A stretch of DNA of 64,000 nucleotides from Candidatus Sumerlaeota bacterium (GTDB taxonomy: Bacteria > Sumerlaeota > Sumerlaeia > Sumerlaeales > Sumerlaeaceae): NCBI GenBank assembly GCA_012513815.1, contig JAAZBM010000014.1, positions 376,568 to 440,567 on the forward strand. The letters run 5' to 3'. The notes beneath the pieces are model-generated. The model was not told the origin of the DNA, did no database searches, and saw only the letters and a program-made list of their open reading frames with translations. Both the position numbers and the translations under genes were made by a program. This document shows, in pieces, positions 33,997-43,593 of this stretch (within the stretch, counting starts at the first letter, position 1; each line of letters opens with the position of its first letter).

Positions 33997-34734
33997 ATGC
34001 AACGCTATGACGGAAGAACACCTAACGACAAACGACCAATCAAAATCTCGACGAACTTCACGCAATGGGCGGAGGGAAGTGTCCTGATTGAGACAGGAAA
34101 CACCAAGGCCATTTGCACCGCAAGCGTCGAGGAAACCGTGCCGATTCATCTCAGAGGAAAAGAACAGGGATGGGTCACGGCCGAATACTCTATGCTGCCA
34201 AGAAGCACCCAAACTCGAACACCTCGCGAAGCCGCCAAAGGCAAGCAAAAAGGAAGAACTCTGGAGATTCAGAGGCTCATTGGGCGCAGTCTCAGAGCAA
34301 TCACGGATATGAAAAAGTTGGGCGAAAGAACCATCACCATTGACTGCGATGTCATTCAGGCAGATGGCGGAACGAGAACGGCGTCAATCACAGGTGGGTT
34401 CGTTGCGTTAGCATTGGCAATCAAAAATCTCGAAAGTAAAAACCTTGTTGAGAAGGGAACTGTCCTCCGCGAAAATGTTGCGGCAATCAGCGTCGGAATC
34501 ATCGGGGGAACACCCATGCTCGACCTCGACTATTCGGAAGACAGCACCGCCGATGTAGATATGAATATCGTGATGACAGAGAATGGACAGTTTATCGAAC
34601 TGCAAGGAACCGCCGAAGGCAATCCGTTCAACGACGCAGAGCTTGCAAAGCTCATCGAATTGGGTCGAAAAGGAATTGCGGAACTCATTTACGAGCAAAA
34701 AAAGGCAATAGACCTTACATTTATTAATGGCTGA
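33997..34734 (+). CDS. rph: Ribonuclease PH
   Basis: [43 protein letters not shown]. Confidence 0.98.
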   Translation: MQRYDGRTPNDKRPIKISTNFTQWAEGSVLIETGNTKAICTASVEETVPIHLRGKEQGWVTAEYSMLPRSTQTRTPREAAKGKQKGRTLEIQRLIGRSLRAITDMKKLGERTITIDCDVIQADGGTRTASITGGFVALALAIKNLESKNLVEKGTVLRENVAAISVGIIGGTPMLDLDYSEDSTADVDMNIVMTENGQFIELQGTAEGNPFNDAELAKLIELGRKGIAELIYEQKKAIDLTFING

Positions 34735-34773
34735 ACCTAAAACAGATTCCCATTGAGTTGGTAAATTGACACT

Positions 34774-36132
34774 ATGAATTGGATATTTGATACTTGTCGG
34801 AGAACGATTGGGACAGCCTGCCTTGCCTTGTGCGTCATGGCAATGGTTACGGATGCCCATACCCAAAACGACGACTATCAAACGAAGGCCATATCTCCGG
34901 CACATCGCGCGAAAATCAACTCGGATTTGCAGAACGCACGAGCAAAGGTTTCGCAAGCTCGGAACCCACAGGACTGGGGAGTCGCGATGGAAGAGCTATG
35001 CAAACAGCTTTTGCAAACGGAAGATTATGACAATGCCATCAAGGCGGCGAATGCGGTGGCCAGGCAAAACGGTGTTGACAGGGAACGACGAGCCGCCCAC
35101 CATTTCCTAGTTGCCCAGATTCTGGCCCTCAAAATGGAAGCCAGCCCCAATACCGGAGAGATGCAGCGCAACAAACGCCTTGCCCTCAGTGCGGCCCAAG
35201 AGGTCAGAGAGCAGAATTACCCCGCGCAATGGGGTATCACAGACCAAGCTCAAAAACTCATCATCAAGCTCAGTGACGGTGAATACACCCAATCTGTCGC
35301 GCAAGACATCAGCAAGCGGCAAACCGGCGGAGTGACTGCCGAACAGCTCAACGAAGCAAGACGCCAATCGCAGAGTTTGGAGTTTAACTCGCAAACCGGC
35401 AAACTGAAGACCGGAGCAAACCTCTGGTCTAGACTGAGGGACTCCGAGGATTCGTATGGAGATGCGCCGTCCCTATCGGGGAATAACTCGCAAATCAAAG
35501 ATTACACGAACGCCACCCCTCAAGATTTCTCGGATAGACAAACAAGATTCCCCGACGAAAAGTATAATCAGCAATCGGAAACAAATTACCGTAGGGATTT
35601 GCAAGAACAGTTCAGGGCAACAACAAATATGACGCCCGGCAACAACGCACTCAACTATGTTCCTCGGAATGCCACAAAGCAAGGGAACTTGCGGCAATCG
35701 CTAGGAGGATACTCCCCATACCCATCCATCCCGTCGCTCAATGCGAAATACGAAAGCAAATCGAGTATCGAGTCACCTACGGAAAAACTAATCGGTCGAA
35801 AACCGACTCAGTCTGTCCCTAAAAAAGTCGATGGAGCGCCGTCAAATGTTTCGAATCTCCAGAACACAACAACCGAAGAATTGATTTCGAGAGCGGCCAA
35901 CCGCACCTCCGCCATGCCACGCTACGGAACTGTCAAGGGGGAAAAAGCGACAAGAGCCTATTCCTACGAAACGGACGAAGGTGCCAAAGCTCGTTCGAAA
36001 CGACCCGATGTCTATAAGAAAAGAAATGACCCCGCAACGGATGTCTATGTCCCGGACACCATGCCCGCATCAAGGCACGGTGGACTCATAATTGACGGAG
36101 AAACGATACAAGGACAAACACTTGTGGAATAA
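34774..36132 (+). CDS. Secreted hypothetical protein (helical N-half, low-complexity C-half)
   Basis: Signal peptide; long ORF within the rph-kdsD run. Confidence 0.7.
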   Translation: MNWIFDTCRRTIGTACLALCVMAMVTDAHTQNDDYQTKAISPAHRAKINSDLQNARAKVSQARNPQDWGVAMEELCKQLLQTEDYDNAIKAANAVARQNGVDRERRAAHHFLVAQILALKMEASPNTGEMQRNKRLALSAAQEVREQNYPAQWGITDQAQKLIIKLSDGEYTQSVAQDISKRQTGGVTAEQLNEARRQSQSLEFNSQTGKLKTGANLWSRLRDSEDSYGDAPSLSGNNSQIKDYTNATPQDFSDRQTRFPDEKYNQQSETNYRRDLQEQFRATTNMTPGNNALNYVPRNATKQGNLRQSLGGYSPYPSIPSLNAKYESKSSIESPTEKLIGRKPTQSVPKKVDGAPSNVSNLQNTTTEELISRAANRTSAMPRYGTVKGEKATRAYSYETDEGAKARSKRPDVYKKRNDPATDVYVPDTMPASRHGGLIIDGETIQGQTLVE

Positions 36133-36177
36133 GCAGAATGACTTTCTGCTCGACCTGTGACAAGAAAAGAATAACCT

Positions 36178-37179
36178 ATGGATAAGATGAACAACAACTC
36201 ACTGAATGTCGGACGCGATGTCATTCGACAAGAAGCCGACGCACTCATGACGATGGCGGAACGGATGAATGGCGATTTCGACAAAGCCATCGAACTGATT
36301 CTCGCGTGCAAGGGGAGAATCGTCTTCACCGGAATGGGTAAACACGGATTGGTCGCACGCAAGACTGCCGCGACGATGTCCAGCACCGGCACACCGTGCT
36401 TCTTCTTGCATCCTGCCGAGGCGGCACACGGAGACCTCGGGATGGTTGAAAAAGAAGATTTGGTCATCGCGGTCAGCAACAGTGGGAACACGTCGGAAGT
36501 CTTGGGTATTCTGCCATACATCCAGAGACATCAAAACAAACTGATTGCCATGGTGGGCAACATAAACAGCGAGTTGGCAAAAAACGCCGATGTCGTGCTT
36601 GACATCTCGGTCGAGAAAGAAGCATGTCCCCTCAATCTTGCGCCAACAACAAGCACGACGGCAGCCATCGCCATGGGAGACGCGCTCGCCGTGGTACTCG
36701 TCAATAAAAAAGGATTCCAAAAAGACGACTTCGCGCTCAGACATCCGGGCGGAACGCTCGGCAAACGGCTTCTGCTGAAGGTCGGCGACATCATGCGCGC
36801 CGGGAAAAATCCTACCATCGCGACAACGGATACTTTCGACAAAGCGGTCGGCGCAATCACCGGCGGAATGATGGGAGCCGTTACGGTTGTGGACGAAAAC
36901 GGAAAAATGGTCGGGATTATCACGGACGGCGATGTCAGACGGACATTCCACAATGCCGCCGGTGGCAAGAACATCTCCGTGACCGAAATTCTCAATCAAC
37001 ACGCAGCCGATATCATGACTAAATCGGCCCTCTTCACAACAACGGATACTCTGGCAGTCAAAGCGCTAAGCATCATGGAAGACGGCAAACGGAAGATTTT
37101 CGTCCTGCCGGTGCTCGACGAAAACGGATGCCCCGTAGGCATGGTCCATCTGCACGACCTCGTCAGCGCCGGGCTATAG
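36178..37179 (+). CDS. kdsD: Arabinose-5-phosphate isomerase (KpsF/GutQ family, SIS plus CBS)
   Basis: GMGK.G, HPAEAAHGDLG, LAPTTSTT, HPGG.LG, paired CBS domains. Confidence 0.95.
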   Translation: MDKMNNNSLNVGRDVIRQEADALMTMAERMNGDFDKAIELILACKGRIVFTGMGKHGLVARKTAATMSSTGTPCFFLHPAEAAHGDLGMVEKEDLVIAVSNSGNTSEVLGILPYIQRHQNKLIAMVGNINSELAKNADVVLDISVEKEACPLNLAPTTSTTAAIAMGDALAVVLVNKKGFQKDDFALRHPGGTLGKRLLLKVGDIMRAGKNPTIATTDTFDKAVGAITGGMMGAVTVVDENGKMVGIITDGDVRRTFHNAAGGKNISVTEILNQHAADIMTKSALFTTTDTLAVKALSIMEDGKRKIFVLPVLDENGCPVGMVHLHDLVSAGL

Positions 37180-37197
37180 CAGGACGATACAATCAAT

Positions 37198-38508
37198 CTA
37201 GCAATCGCTGTGTTTGCAGCCGCTGCGACCGAGATACTCGCTCACAACCTTGTAGGCACAGAACTGACCGCACATCGTGCAGCATTCCTGACTTGAATCA
37301 TTCTTCGCGGCACGGAAGCGACGGGCCTTGACGGGATCGATGGAGAGTTCAATCTGCCGTGACCAGTCAAGTTTCTTGCGAGCCTCGGCCATCTCGGCAT
37401 CCCAGCTAGCGGCACCGGGCACACCCTTGACAAGGTCGGCGGCATGAGCCGCGATACGCGAAGCAATCACACCCTCGTGAACATCCTCGAGCGAGGGAAG
37501 CCCAAGATGCTCGGCCGGAGTTACGTAGCAAAGAAAATCCGCACCGGCACTGGCGGCAATTGCGCCACCGATAGCGGCCGTTATGTGGTCATAACCCGGA
37601 GCGACATCTGTCACCAGAGGCCCAAGAACATAAAATGGCGCATTGTGGCACAAGGTCTTTTCTAGCTTCATATTAGCGACAATCTGATCCAGCGGCACAT
37701 GCCCCGGCCCCTCAACCATCGCTTGGACGCCCGCGTCACGAGCGCGAGTCACCAGACCACCGAGTAAAATCAATTCCTCAATCTGAGGAGCATCTGTTGC
37801 ATCAGCAATGCAACCCGGACGCAAGCCATCACCAAGACTCAGCGTGACATCATACTTATGCGCAATCTCAAGCAAACGGTCAAACTGAGCATAAAAAGGA
37901 TTCTCTTCCTTATGATGCAACATCCACGCAGTCATAAAAGAACCGCCACGGGAAACAATGTCCATCAGACGACCACGATCACGAAGCAAATCAATAACGT
38001 TTTGCGTCACGCCGCAATGAACGGTAATAAAATCGATACCGTCGGCACAATGCGCTTCGACCGAATTGAACATATCTTCTGCGGTCATATCAACCATCCG
38101 GTCGCCACGTTGCGCGGCACTGACCAACGCCTGATACAGAGGAACTGAACCAACCATAACGGGGCTTTTCGCCACAATCGACCGACGAGTCTGGTCAATA
38201 TCGCCACCCGTGCTGAGGTCCATCACGGAATGCACACCGGCCTTCAGAGCGGTCTCGAGCTTCTTGACTTCCTTATCAAGTTCCGGATAAGCATCCGAAG
38301 TCCCAATATTCGCATTAACCTTGGTCGACAAACCCTTGCCAACGGCCATCGGAGTCAAATGAACATGATTCACATTCGACGGCAAAACAATCTCGCCCGA
38401 GACCATCCCCTGACGAATCATCTCCGCACTCACTGAATCGTAATCCGCAGCCGCGCACATTTGCGCGGTTTCGATTCCCTTGCGAGCTTGTTCAAGCTGT
38501 GTCAACAT
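37198..38508 (-). CDS. thiC: Phosphomethylpyrimidine synthase (short form)
   Basis: KVNANIGTS, MDLSTGG, SRGGS, LGDGLRPG, EGPGH, YVTPAEH, CTMCG..C; BzaF-type paralogue not fully excluded. Confidence 0.9.
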   Translation of the reverse strand: MLTQLEQARKGIETAQMCAAADYDSVSAEMIRQGMVSGEIVLPSNVNHVHLTPMAVGKGLSTKVNANIGTSDAYPELDKEVKKLETALKAGVHSVMDLSTGGDIDQTRRSIVAKSPVMVGSVPLYQALVSAAQRGDRMVDMTAEDMFNSVEAHCADGIDFITVHCGVTQNVIDLLRDRGRLMDIVSRGGSFMTAWMLHHKEENPFYAQFDRLLEIAHKYDVTLSLGDGLRPGCIADATDAPQIEELILLGGLVTRARDAGVQAMVEGPGHVPLDQIVANMKLEKTLCHNAPFYVLGPLVTDVAPGYDHITAAIGGAIAASAGADFLCYVTPAEHLGLPSLEDVHEGVIASRIAAHAADLVKGVPGAASWDAEMAEARKKLDWSRQIELSIDPVKARRFRAAKNDSSQECCTMCGQFCAYKVVSEYLGRSGCKHSDC

Positions 38509-38522
38509 TTTCTCAATCTCCC

Positions 38523-38557
38523 AAAAACAAAAATAGTCTCTTGTGAGACCAGACTAT
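38523..38557 (-). terminator. Intrinsic-terminator-like hairpin in the thiC leader
   Basis: Minus strand reads ATAGTCT-GGTCTCACAAG-AGACTAT followed by TTTTGTTTTT just upstream of the RBS. Confidence 0.55.
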
Positions 38558-38654
38558 ACCTACAACTAATCAATGGAATGGTTTACTTTTATACATTATA
38601 TTCCTGACAACTTTTCTGAGAAAACTGTATCTACCTAATACGGTTAAGCAGAAA

Positions 38655-38754
38655 GCGGACTCGTAAGCCGCGAAACATATAAACTTTTTGTGACATCATC
38701 CGTCTTCTGACGCCGATACTGAAAGACCTTTTTAGGATTAGTTTTATGTCACAA
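38655..38754 (+). promoter_or_regulatory. Putative thrS translational operator (tRNA-Thr anticodon mimic)
   Basis: GCGGA-CTCGTAA-GCCGC hairpin; TTGTGACAT (38688-38696) complementary to ATGTCACAA at the start codon. Confidence 0.55.
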
Positions 38755-40668
38755 CTTTTAAATATCAAACTGCCGGACGGAAGCGTCAAACAGACGCCCA
38801 AAGGCACAACGGTATACGAATTCGCGAAAAGCATCGGCTCCGGACTTGCTAAAGCTGCTTTGGGGGCGAAAATCAATAACGATAAATTGATTGGACTTTC
38901 GGATAAGCTCGAAGACGATTGCGCCATTAGCATTCTCACATGGAAAGATGAAGAAGGCCGTAGCATCTACCGCCATACCGCGGCTCATGTCATGGCTCAA
39001 GCAGTCAAAAGACTCTTCCCAAATGTCAAACTTACCATCGGCCCTCCGCTCGACGACAGCTACTATTACGACTTTGACCTCGACCAACCGCTCACGGTGG
39101 AAGACCTTGAAAAAATCGACGCGGAAGTCGAAAAGGTGGTCAGCGAAGCCCACGAAATCAAGCGCATCGAATTGCCAAGAGCCGAAGCCATCGCCTATTT
39201 TGAGAAACGGGGCGAACCCTACAAAATCGAAATCATCAACGAACTGCCCGAAGATGCGATTATCAGCATCTATGAACAAGGCGAATTCGCCGACTTGTGC
39301 CGTGGCCCGCATATGCCCAACACAAGCGCAATCAAAGCAAACAAACTACTCAGCGTTGCCGGTGCATACTGGCGCGCGGACGCCAAGAACAAGATGCTTC
39401 AGCGCGTCTATGGCACGGCGTTCCCAGACAAGAAACAACTGGACGAACATCTGCGGATGCTCGAGGAAGCACGCAAGCGCGACCACAGAAAAATCGGCCG
39501 TGAACTCGACCTCTTCTCCTTCCAGGACGAAGGCCCCGGCTTCCCGTTCTTCCATCCCAACGGAATGATTGTCTATAACGAACTGATGGACTTCTTGCGT
39601 GAGAAACTGGTCGAGCGCAACTACAAGGAAATCCGCACGCCAATGATTCTCAACGAATCGCTTTGGCACCGCAGCGGTCACTGGGATCACTACCAAGAGA
39701 ACATGTACTTCACGAAGATTGACGACGGCGACTATGCGGTCAAACCGATGAACTGCCCCGGATGCATGCTCGTCTATCGTCAAGGCAGACGCTCCTACCG
39801 CGAATTGCCCCTGAAGTTCGCCGAATTCGGACTGGTGCACCGCCACGAGATGAGCGGTGTTCTGCACGGACTGTTCCGCGTTCGCTGCTTTACGCAGGAC
39901 GACGCCCACATCTTCTGCACGGAAGATCAGCTCGAACAAGAGGTCATCGACACCATCGCGCTTATCAAAGAAGTCTATGAGACCTTCGGTTTCACCGAGT
40001 ATCATATGGAACTCAGCACCCGCCCCGAGGACAGTCAGGGAAGCGACGAAATCTGGGAAATGGCGACAACGGCTCTCGAGAATTCGCTGAAGCACCTCAA
40101 GGTTGACTACAAACTCAACCCCGGTGATGGCGCTTTCTACGGCCCCAAAATCGACTTCCACGTCAAAGACGCTCTCGGCCGTTCATGGCAGTGCGCGACA
40201 ATCCAAGTCGACTTCTCCATGCCCGAGCGCTTCGACCTGAACTACATCGGACAAGACGGACTCAAGCATCGTCCCGTCATGGTACACCGCGCGGTCTTCG
40301 GTTCCATCGAGCGCTTCCTAGGAATGCTCATCGAGCAAACCGTCGGCAACTTCCCCGTATGGCTCGCGCCCGTACAGGTCGCGATGCTGCCCATCAGCGA
40401 GAAATCGCTTGACTTCGCGCGCAAGATTGCGAACGAACTCAGCAGCGCCGGCATCAGAGTCACGCTCAATGCAGGCGAGGAAAAGATTGGCGCGAAAATC
40501 CGCGATGCCGAAATGGCTAAAATCCCCTATATGCTCGTCGTCGGCGAGAAGGAAGCGGCGGCAAATTCCGTCAGCGTCCGCAGACACGGCAAGGGCGACA
40601 TGGGCGTCATGGCAATCGAGGACTTCAAGACGAAAATCCAAAAAGAAATCAAAGAACGCACTCTGTAG
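38746..40668 (+). CDS. thrS: Threonine--tRNA ligase
   Basis: TGS domain, RHTAAHVMAQAV, DLCRGPH, RDHRKIG, KPMNCP, AFYGPKID, HRA..GSIERF. Confidence 0.99.
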   Translation: MSQLLNIKLPDGSVKQTPKGTTVYEFAKSIGSGLAKAALGAKINNDKLIGLSDKLEDDCAISILTWKDEEGRSIYRHTAAHVMAQAVKRLFPNVKLTIGPPLDDSYYYDFDLDQPLTVEDLEKIDAEVEKVVSEAHEIKRIELPRAEAIAYFEKRGEPYKIEIINELPEDAIISIYEQGEFADLCRGPHMPNTSAIKANKLLSVAGAYWRADAKNKMLQRVYGTAFPDKKQLDEHLRMLEEARKRDHRKIGRELDLFSFQDEGPGFPFFHPNGMIVYNELMDFLREKLVERNYKEIRTPMILNESLWHRSGHWDHYQENMYFTKIDDGDYAVKPMNCPGCMLVYRQGRRSYRELPLKFAEFGLVHRHEMSGVLHGLFRVRCFTQDDAHIFCTEDQLEQEVIDTIALIKEVYETFGFTEYHMELSTRPEDSQGSDEIWEMATTALENSLKHLKVDYKLNPGDGAFYGPKIDFHVKDALGRSWQCATIQVDFSMPERFDLNYIGQDGLKHRPVMVHRAVFGSIERFLGMLIEQTVGNFPVWLAPVQVAMLPISEKSLDFARKIANELSSAGIRVTLNAGEEKIGAKIRDAEMAKIPYMLVVGEKEAAANSVSVRRHGKGDMGVMAIEDFKTKIQKEIKERTL

Positions 40669-40699
40669 CGAATCTATTTCCGGATTGATTGATTTGAAC

Positions 40700-40742
40700 A
40701 AACGCAAAGTCTTTGACAATAGCAAGGCTTTGCGTTTTGTTT
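40700..40742 (+). terminator. Rho-independent terminator after thrS
   Basis: AAACGCAAAGTCTT ... AAGGCTTTGCGTTT stem followed by a T-rich tail. Confidence 0.7.
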
Positions 40743-40784
40743 GTAATACATAGAGAAAACAAACCTTTTTGACTGAGGCTCATT

Positions 40785-41180
40785 ATGACCACCTTTATTG
40801 AACATGTCGCCCTCAACGTGGCTGACCCGGCCGCCATCGCTCAGTGGTATTGCACCCATCTGGGCATGACCATCCTTCGCGGCGCCGACACACCGACGCC
40901 CGTCCGATTCCTCGGCGACCCGGCAAACGGAAAAGTCATCCTCGAATTCTATCACAACGAGACAATACCCATCAGCGACTTTGCGACAATCTCGCAAGTG
41001 ACATTTCACATCGCCTTCCACACCGACGACGTCGAAGCAATGAGACTCAAGTTGCTCAACGCAGGCGCAACCGCCCTCTCGCCGACGGAAATCCTCGACG
41101 GAGGAATGGAAGTCGCTTTCGTCCGCGATCCGTGGGGACTATGCGTCCAAATCATTCATCGAAACAAAGCCTTACTATAA
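40785..41180 (+). CDS. VOC/glyoxalase family protein
   Basis: IEHVALNV.D, HIAF..DDVE, FVRDPWG motifs. Confidence 0.9.
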   Translation: MTTFIEHVALNVADPAAIAQWYCTHLGMTILRGADTPTPVRFLGDPANGKVILEFYHNETIPISDFATISQVTFHIAFHTDDVEAMRLKLLNAGATALSPTEILDGGMEVAFVRDPWGLCVQIIHRNKALL

Positions 41181-41201
41181 CAAACGCCTGAAAGGGAACC
41201 T

Positions 41202-42221
41202 ATGCAAAAGCCAGACGATAACAATCAGGAAGAGGCCGCTCGGAAAATCGAAGCGAACATCCGCCCCGAAGTTGCCGAGATTGTGCGCTACGTAGAACGA
41301 ATCATCAAGAGCAAACGCGGCGTCACACTCATCGCGTTGGCCGCCATCCTGTCACGCGGACACGTCCTCTTCGAGGATGTCCCCGGAACAGGCAAAACCA
41401 CACTGGCAAGCCTCCTCGCAAACAGCCTCGACCTCTCATTCGCCCACGTCCAAATGACCAGCGACATGCTACCGTCAGACATACTGGGGTCAATGATATT
41501 CGACCCGGACAAGCGAAAATTCGAATTCCATCCCGGTCCGATTTTCGCCAACGTCATCATGGCAGACGAACTCAACCGCACATCGCCACGCACCCAAAGC
41601 GCGCTACTCGAAGCCATGGGCGCGGCCAGCGTCACAGTTGACCGACAAACACACAAACTGCCACAGCCATTTATCGTACTGGCAACACAAAACCCGAGAG
41701 AAATCCACGGAACATACCCGCTGCCGACAAGCCAGCTCGACCGTTTCCTCGTCAGACTCCACATGGGCTACCCTGACCCACAATCCGAGGCGACCATCCT
41801 GCGGGAACAGCAAACCTTCTACGCCGAACAAAGCGAGATACAAAACGCCAAACCCGTATTCAACACCGAACGCCTGATACAAATACAAAACGAAATCACC
41901 CAAATCAAAGTCGACCAGACCCTTATCGACGCCATCATCCGACTCGCCAACGCGACACGCAACAGCAAGCGGCTCGAACTGGGCCTCAGCACACGCGCGG
42001 CACTAGGCCTCAGACGCATGGCACAGGCATGGGCATGGATGCAAAACCGCGACTACATCATCCCGGACGACATCAAACAACTCGTCATCCCCGTATGCGC
42101 CCACCGCATCATCACCACACACCGATTCAACACAACCGAAACAAACACCCAAAACACCACCCAAACCCCCGAAGAAACCGCAATGCAACAAATCCTCAGC
42201 GAATTCACATGGGAATGGTAA
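41202..42221 (+). CDS. MoxR-family AAA+ ATPase
   Basis: GHVLFEDVPGTGKT, DMLPSDILG, ADELNRTSPRTQSALLEAM, ATQNP, GTYPLP..QLDRF. Confidence 0.96.
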   Translation: MQKPDDNNQEEAARKIEANIRPEVAEIVRYVERIIKSKRGVTLIALAAILSRGHVLFEDVPGTGKTTLASLLANSLDLSFAHVQMTSDMLPSDILGSMIFDPDKRKFEFHPGPIFANVIMADELNRTSPRTQSALLEAMGAASVTVDRQTHKLPQPFIVLATQNPREIHGTYPLPTSQLDRFLVRLHMGYPDPQSEATILREQQTFYAEQSEIQNAKPVFNTERLIQIQNEITQIKVDQTLIDAIIRLANATRNSKRLELGLSTRAALGLRRMAQAWAWMQNRDYIIPDDIKQLVIPVCAHRIITTHRFNTTETNTQNTTQTPEETAMQQILSEFTWEW

Positions 42222-42252
42222 CCCGCCGACACCTCCCCCGCCAAACAAACCT

Positions 42253-42285
42253 TGTGGCGTAGCCAACAACACCCGCTACGCCACA
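42253..42285. repeat. GC-rich inverted repeat (terminator or REP-like) at the left island border
   Basis: TGTGGCGTAGC / GCTACGCCACA perfect 11-bp arms between convergent genes. Confidence 0.7.
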
Positions 42286-42316
42286 GGCAACACTAACAAC
42301 AAAAACTACTGCAATT

Positions 42317-43342
42317 CTATTTTGAAAGCTCTTTCTTAATCTCCCTATTAAGCTCATCCCTTTCTTCTTTAGAAAGATCTGCATAAGCGAACAGCGGAAT
42401 ATCATACCAATCCCCGAACATCTCGTAAATTTTCGCGGAAGCCTCGCATAGTTTATCTATAACATTTTCATCTTTGCTTGTAATGGAATTAAACTTAATG
42501 ATAGATTCCGGTTTATAGTAGAGTGGTCCATCGTCCCCGATACATACATTAGTTACTCGCTCGTCCGGAACGCAACACAGCTCACCGGGAATGTTTGAAT
42601 AAAAACCTTGACATCGAAGTTCCCGCAAAATGAGGGGAATCTTAATCATCATTTTTTTCTTGCCACTACCAAGACCCTCAATACGCCGCATTTCCAACAT
42701 AAATTTCCTATAGGTGCCTTTTTCACCTGCTTTTTTTAGTTCTCGAATTATATTTATTTTGTCGTCCCAATTATCTGCAAGAATGCCAATACTCTTGAAG
42801 ATGTCTCCTCGAAAGGTTATTCTTTTCCTTGGGTTAGTATCGAAAACGAAATTCTTAATTACTTCACGATAACTGGCAAGGATTTCAGTCTTTATATCTT
42901 CTGACCTCCCTTCACCTGCCCAACATTTGTAGTTATCATAATCTTTTCCTTCATTTTTGCTCATATAACGTAAATAGGTCACAAAACATGCAGCATTCTC
43001 CCATTGCCCTAATCTAGACCATGCAACAGCCAAAACGAATAATAGGAACAAATCCTTTTTTTGGGACAAATCCAATTTCATGGATTCTCCATTAGGTAGT
43101 TTAATATGGAAAGCGCTGACCCACCCGGCGTAACAATATTTTGGATCTTTTTTAGAATTCCTTTTGTTGGGATTACAATTGAGGTAAGAAAACTTGTTTT
43201 TTTTGACTTCTGCCGTCTTTGACAACTTCTCATCGACTATTTCCTCTATCTTTTTGCGCAACTTATCAGCTATAATTCTCTCTGCATCCGTTATTTCAAC
43301 TTTCAAATCTTTCTTCGTTGACTTCTCATTCGTCTTTGCCAT
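42317..43342 (-). CDS. Low-GC hypothetical protein, possible HhH-GPD-like DNA glycosylase
   Basis: AT-rich ORF; AAAGGA RBS before ATG 43342; IEGLG...KIPLILREL...VPDERV pattern. Confidence 0.6.
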   Translation of the reverse strand: MAKTNEKSTKKDLKVEITDAERIIADKLRKKIEEIVDEKLSKTAEVKKNKFSYLNCNPNKRNSKKDPKYCYAGWVSAFHIKLPNGESMKLDLSQKKDLFLLFVLAVAWSRLGQWENAACFVTYLRYMSKNEGKDYDNYKCWAGEGRSEDIKTEILASYREVIKNFVFDTNPRKRITFRGDIFKSIGILADNWDDKINIIRELKKAGEKGTYRKFMLEMRRIEGLGSGKKKMMIKIPLILRELRCQGFYSNIPGELCCVPDERVTNVCIGDDGPLYYKPESIIKFNSITSKDENVIDKLCEASAKIYEMFGDWYDIPLFAYADLSKEERDELNREIKKELSK

Positions 43343-43467
43343 AGTAGTTTTCCTTTCAGTTGCAACGTCAACATTTTTCATCTTCGAATCATCAATTGAA
43401 CACAAATGACACACTTGCGACAGTTGTGTGCCGGCTAATAATCCATCACATCTTTTCCTATATTACT

Positions 43468-43548
43468 AACCTCGGGGGCTTGACCAACCCGGCCAAGACC
43501 CCTTTTACTTCTCACTGATACTATGCTCGCGCGAGGCAACACCCCGCC
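43468..43548 (-). repeat. Conserved ~80-nt intergenic element, copy 1
   Basis: Near-identical to 46320-46400 and 47587-47667. Confidence 0.9.
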
Positions 43549-43593
43549 GCCCCTACGCTCCGTGCTATCGGAGCGAGAGTGACGACGCCGACG

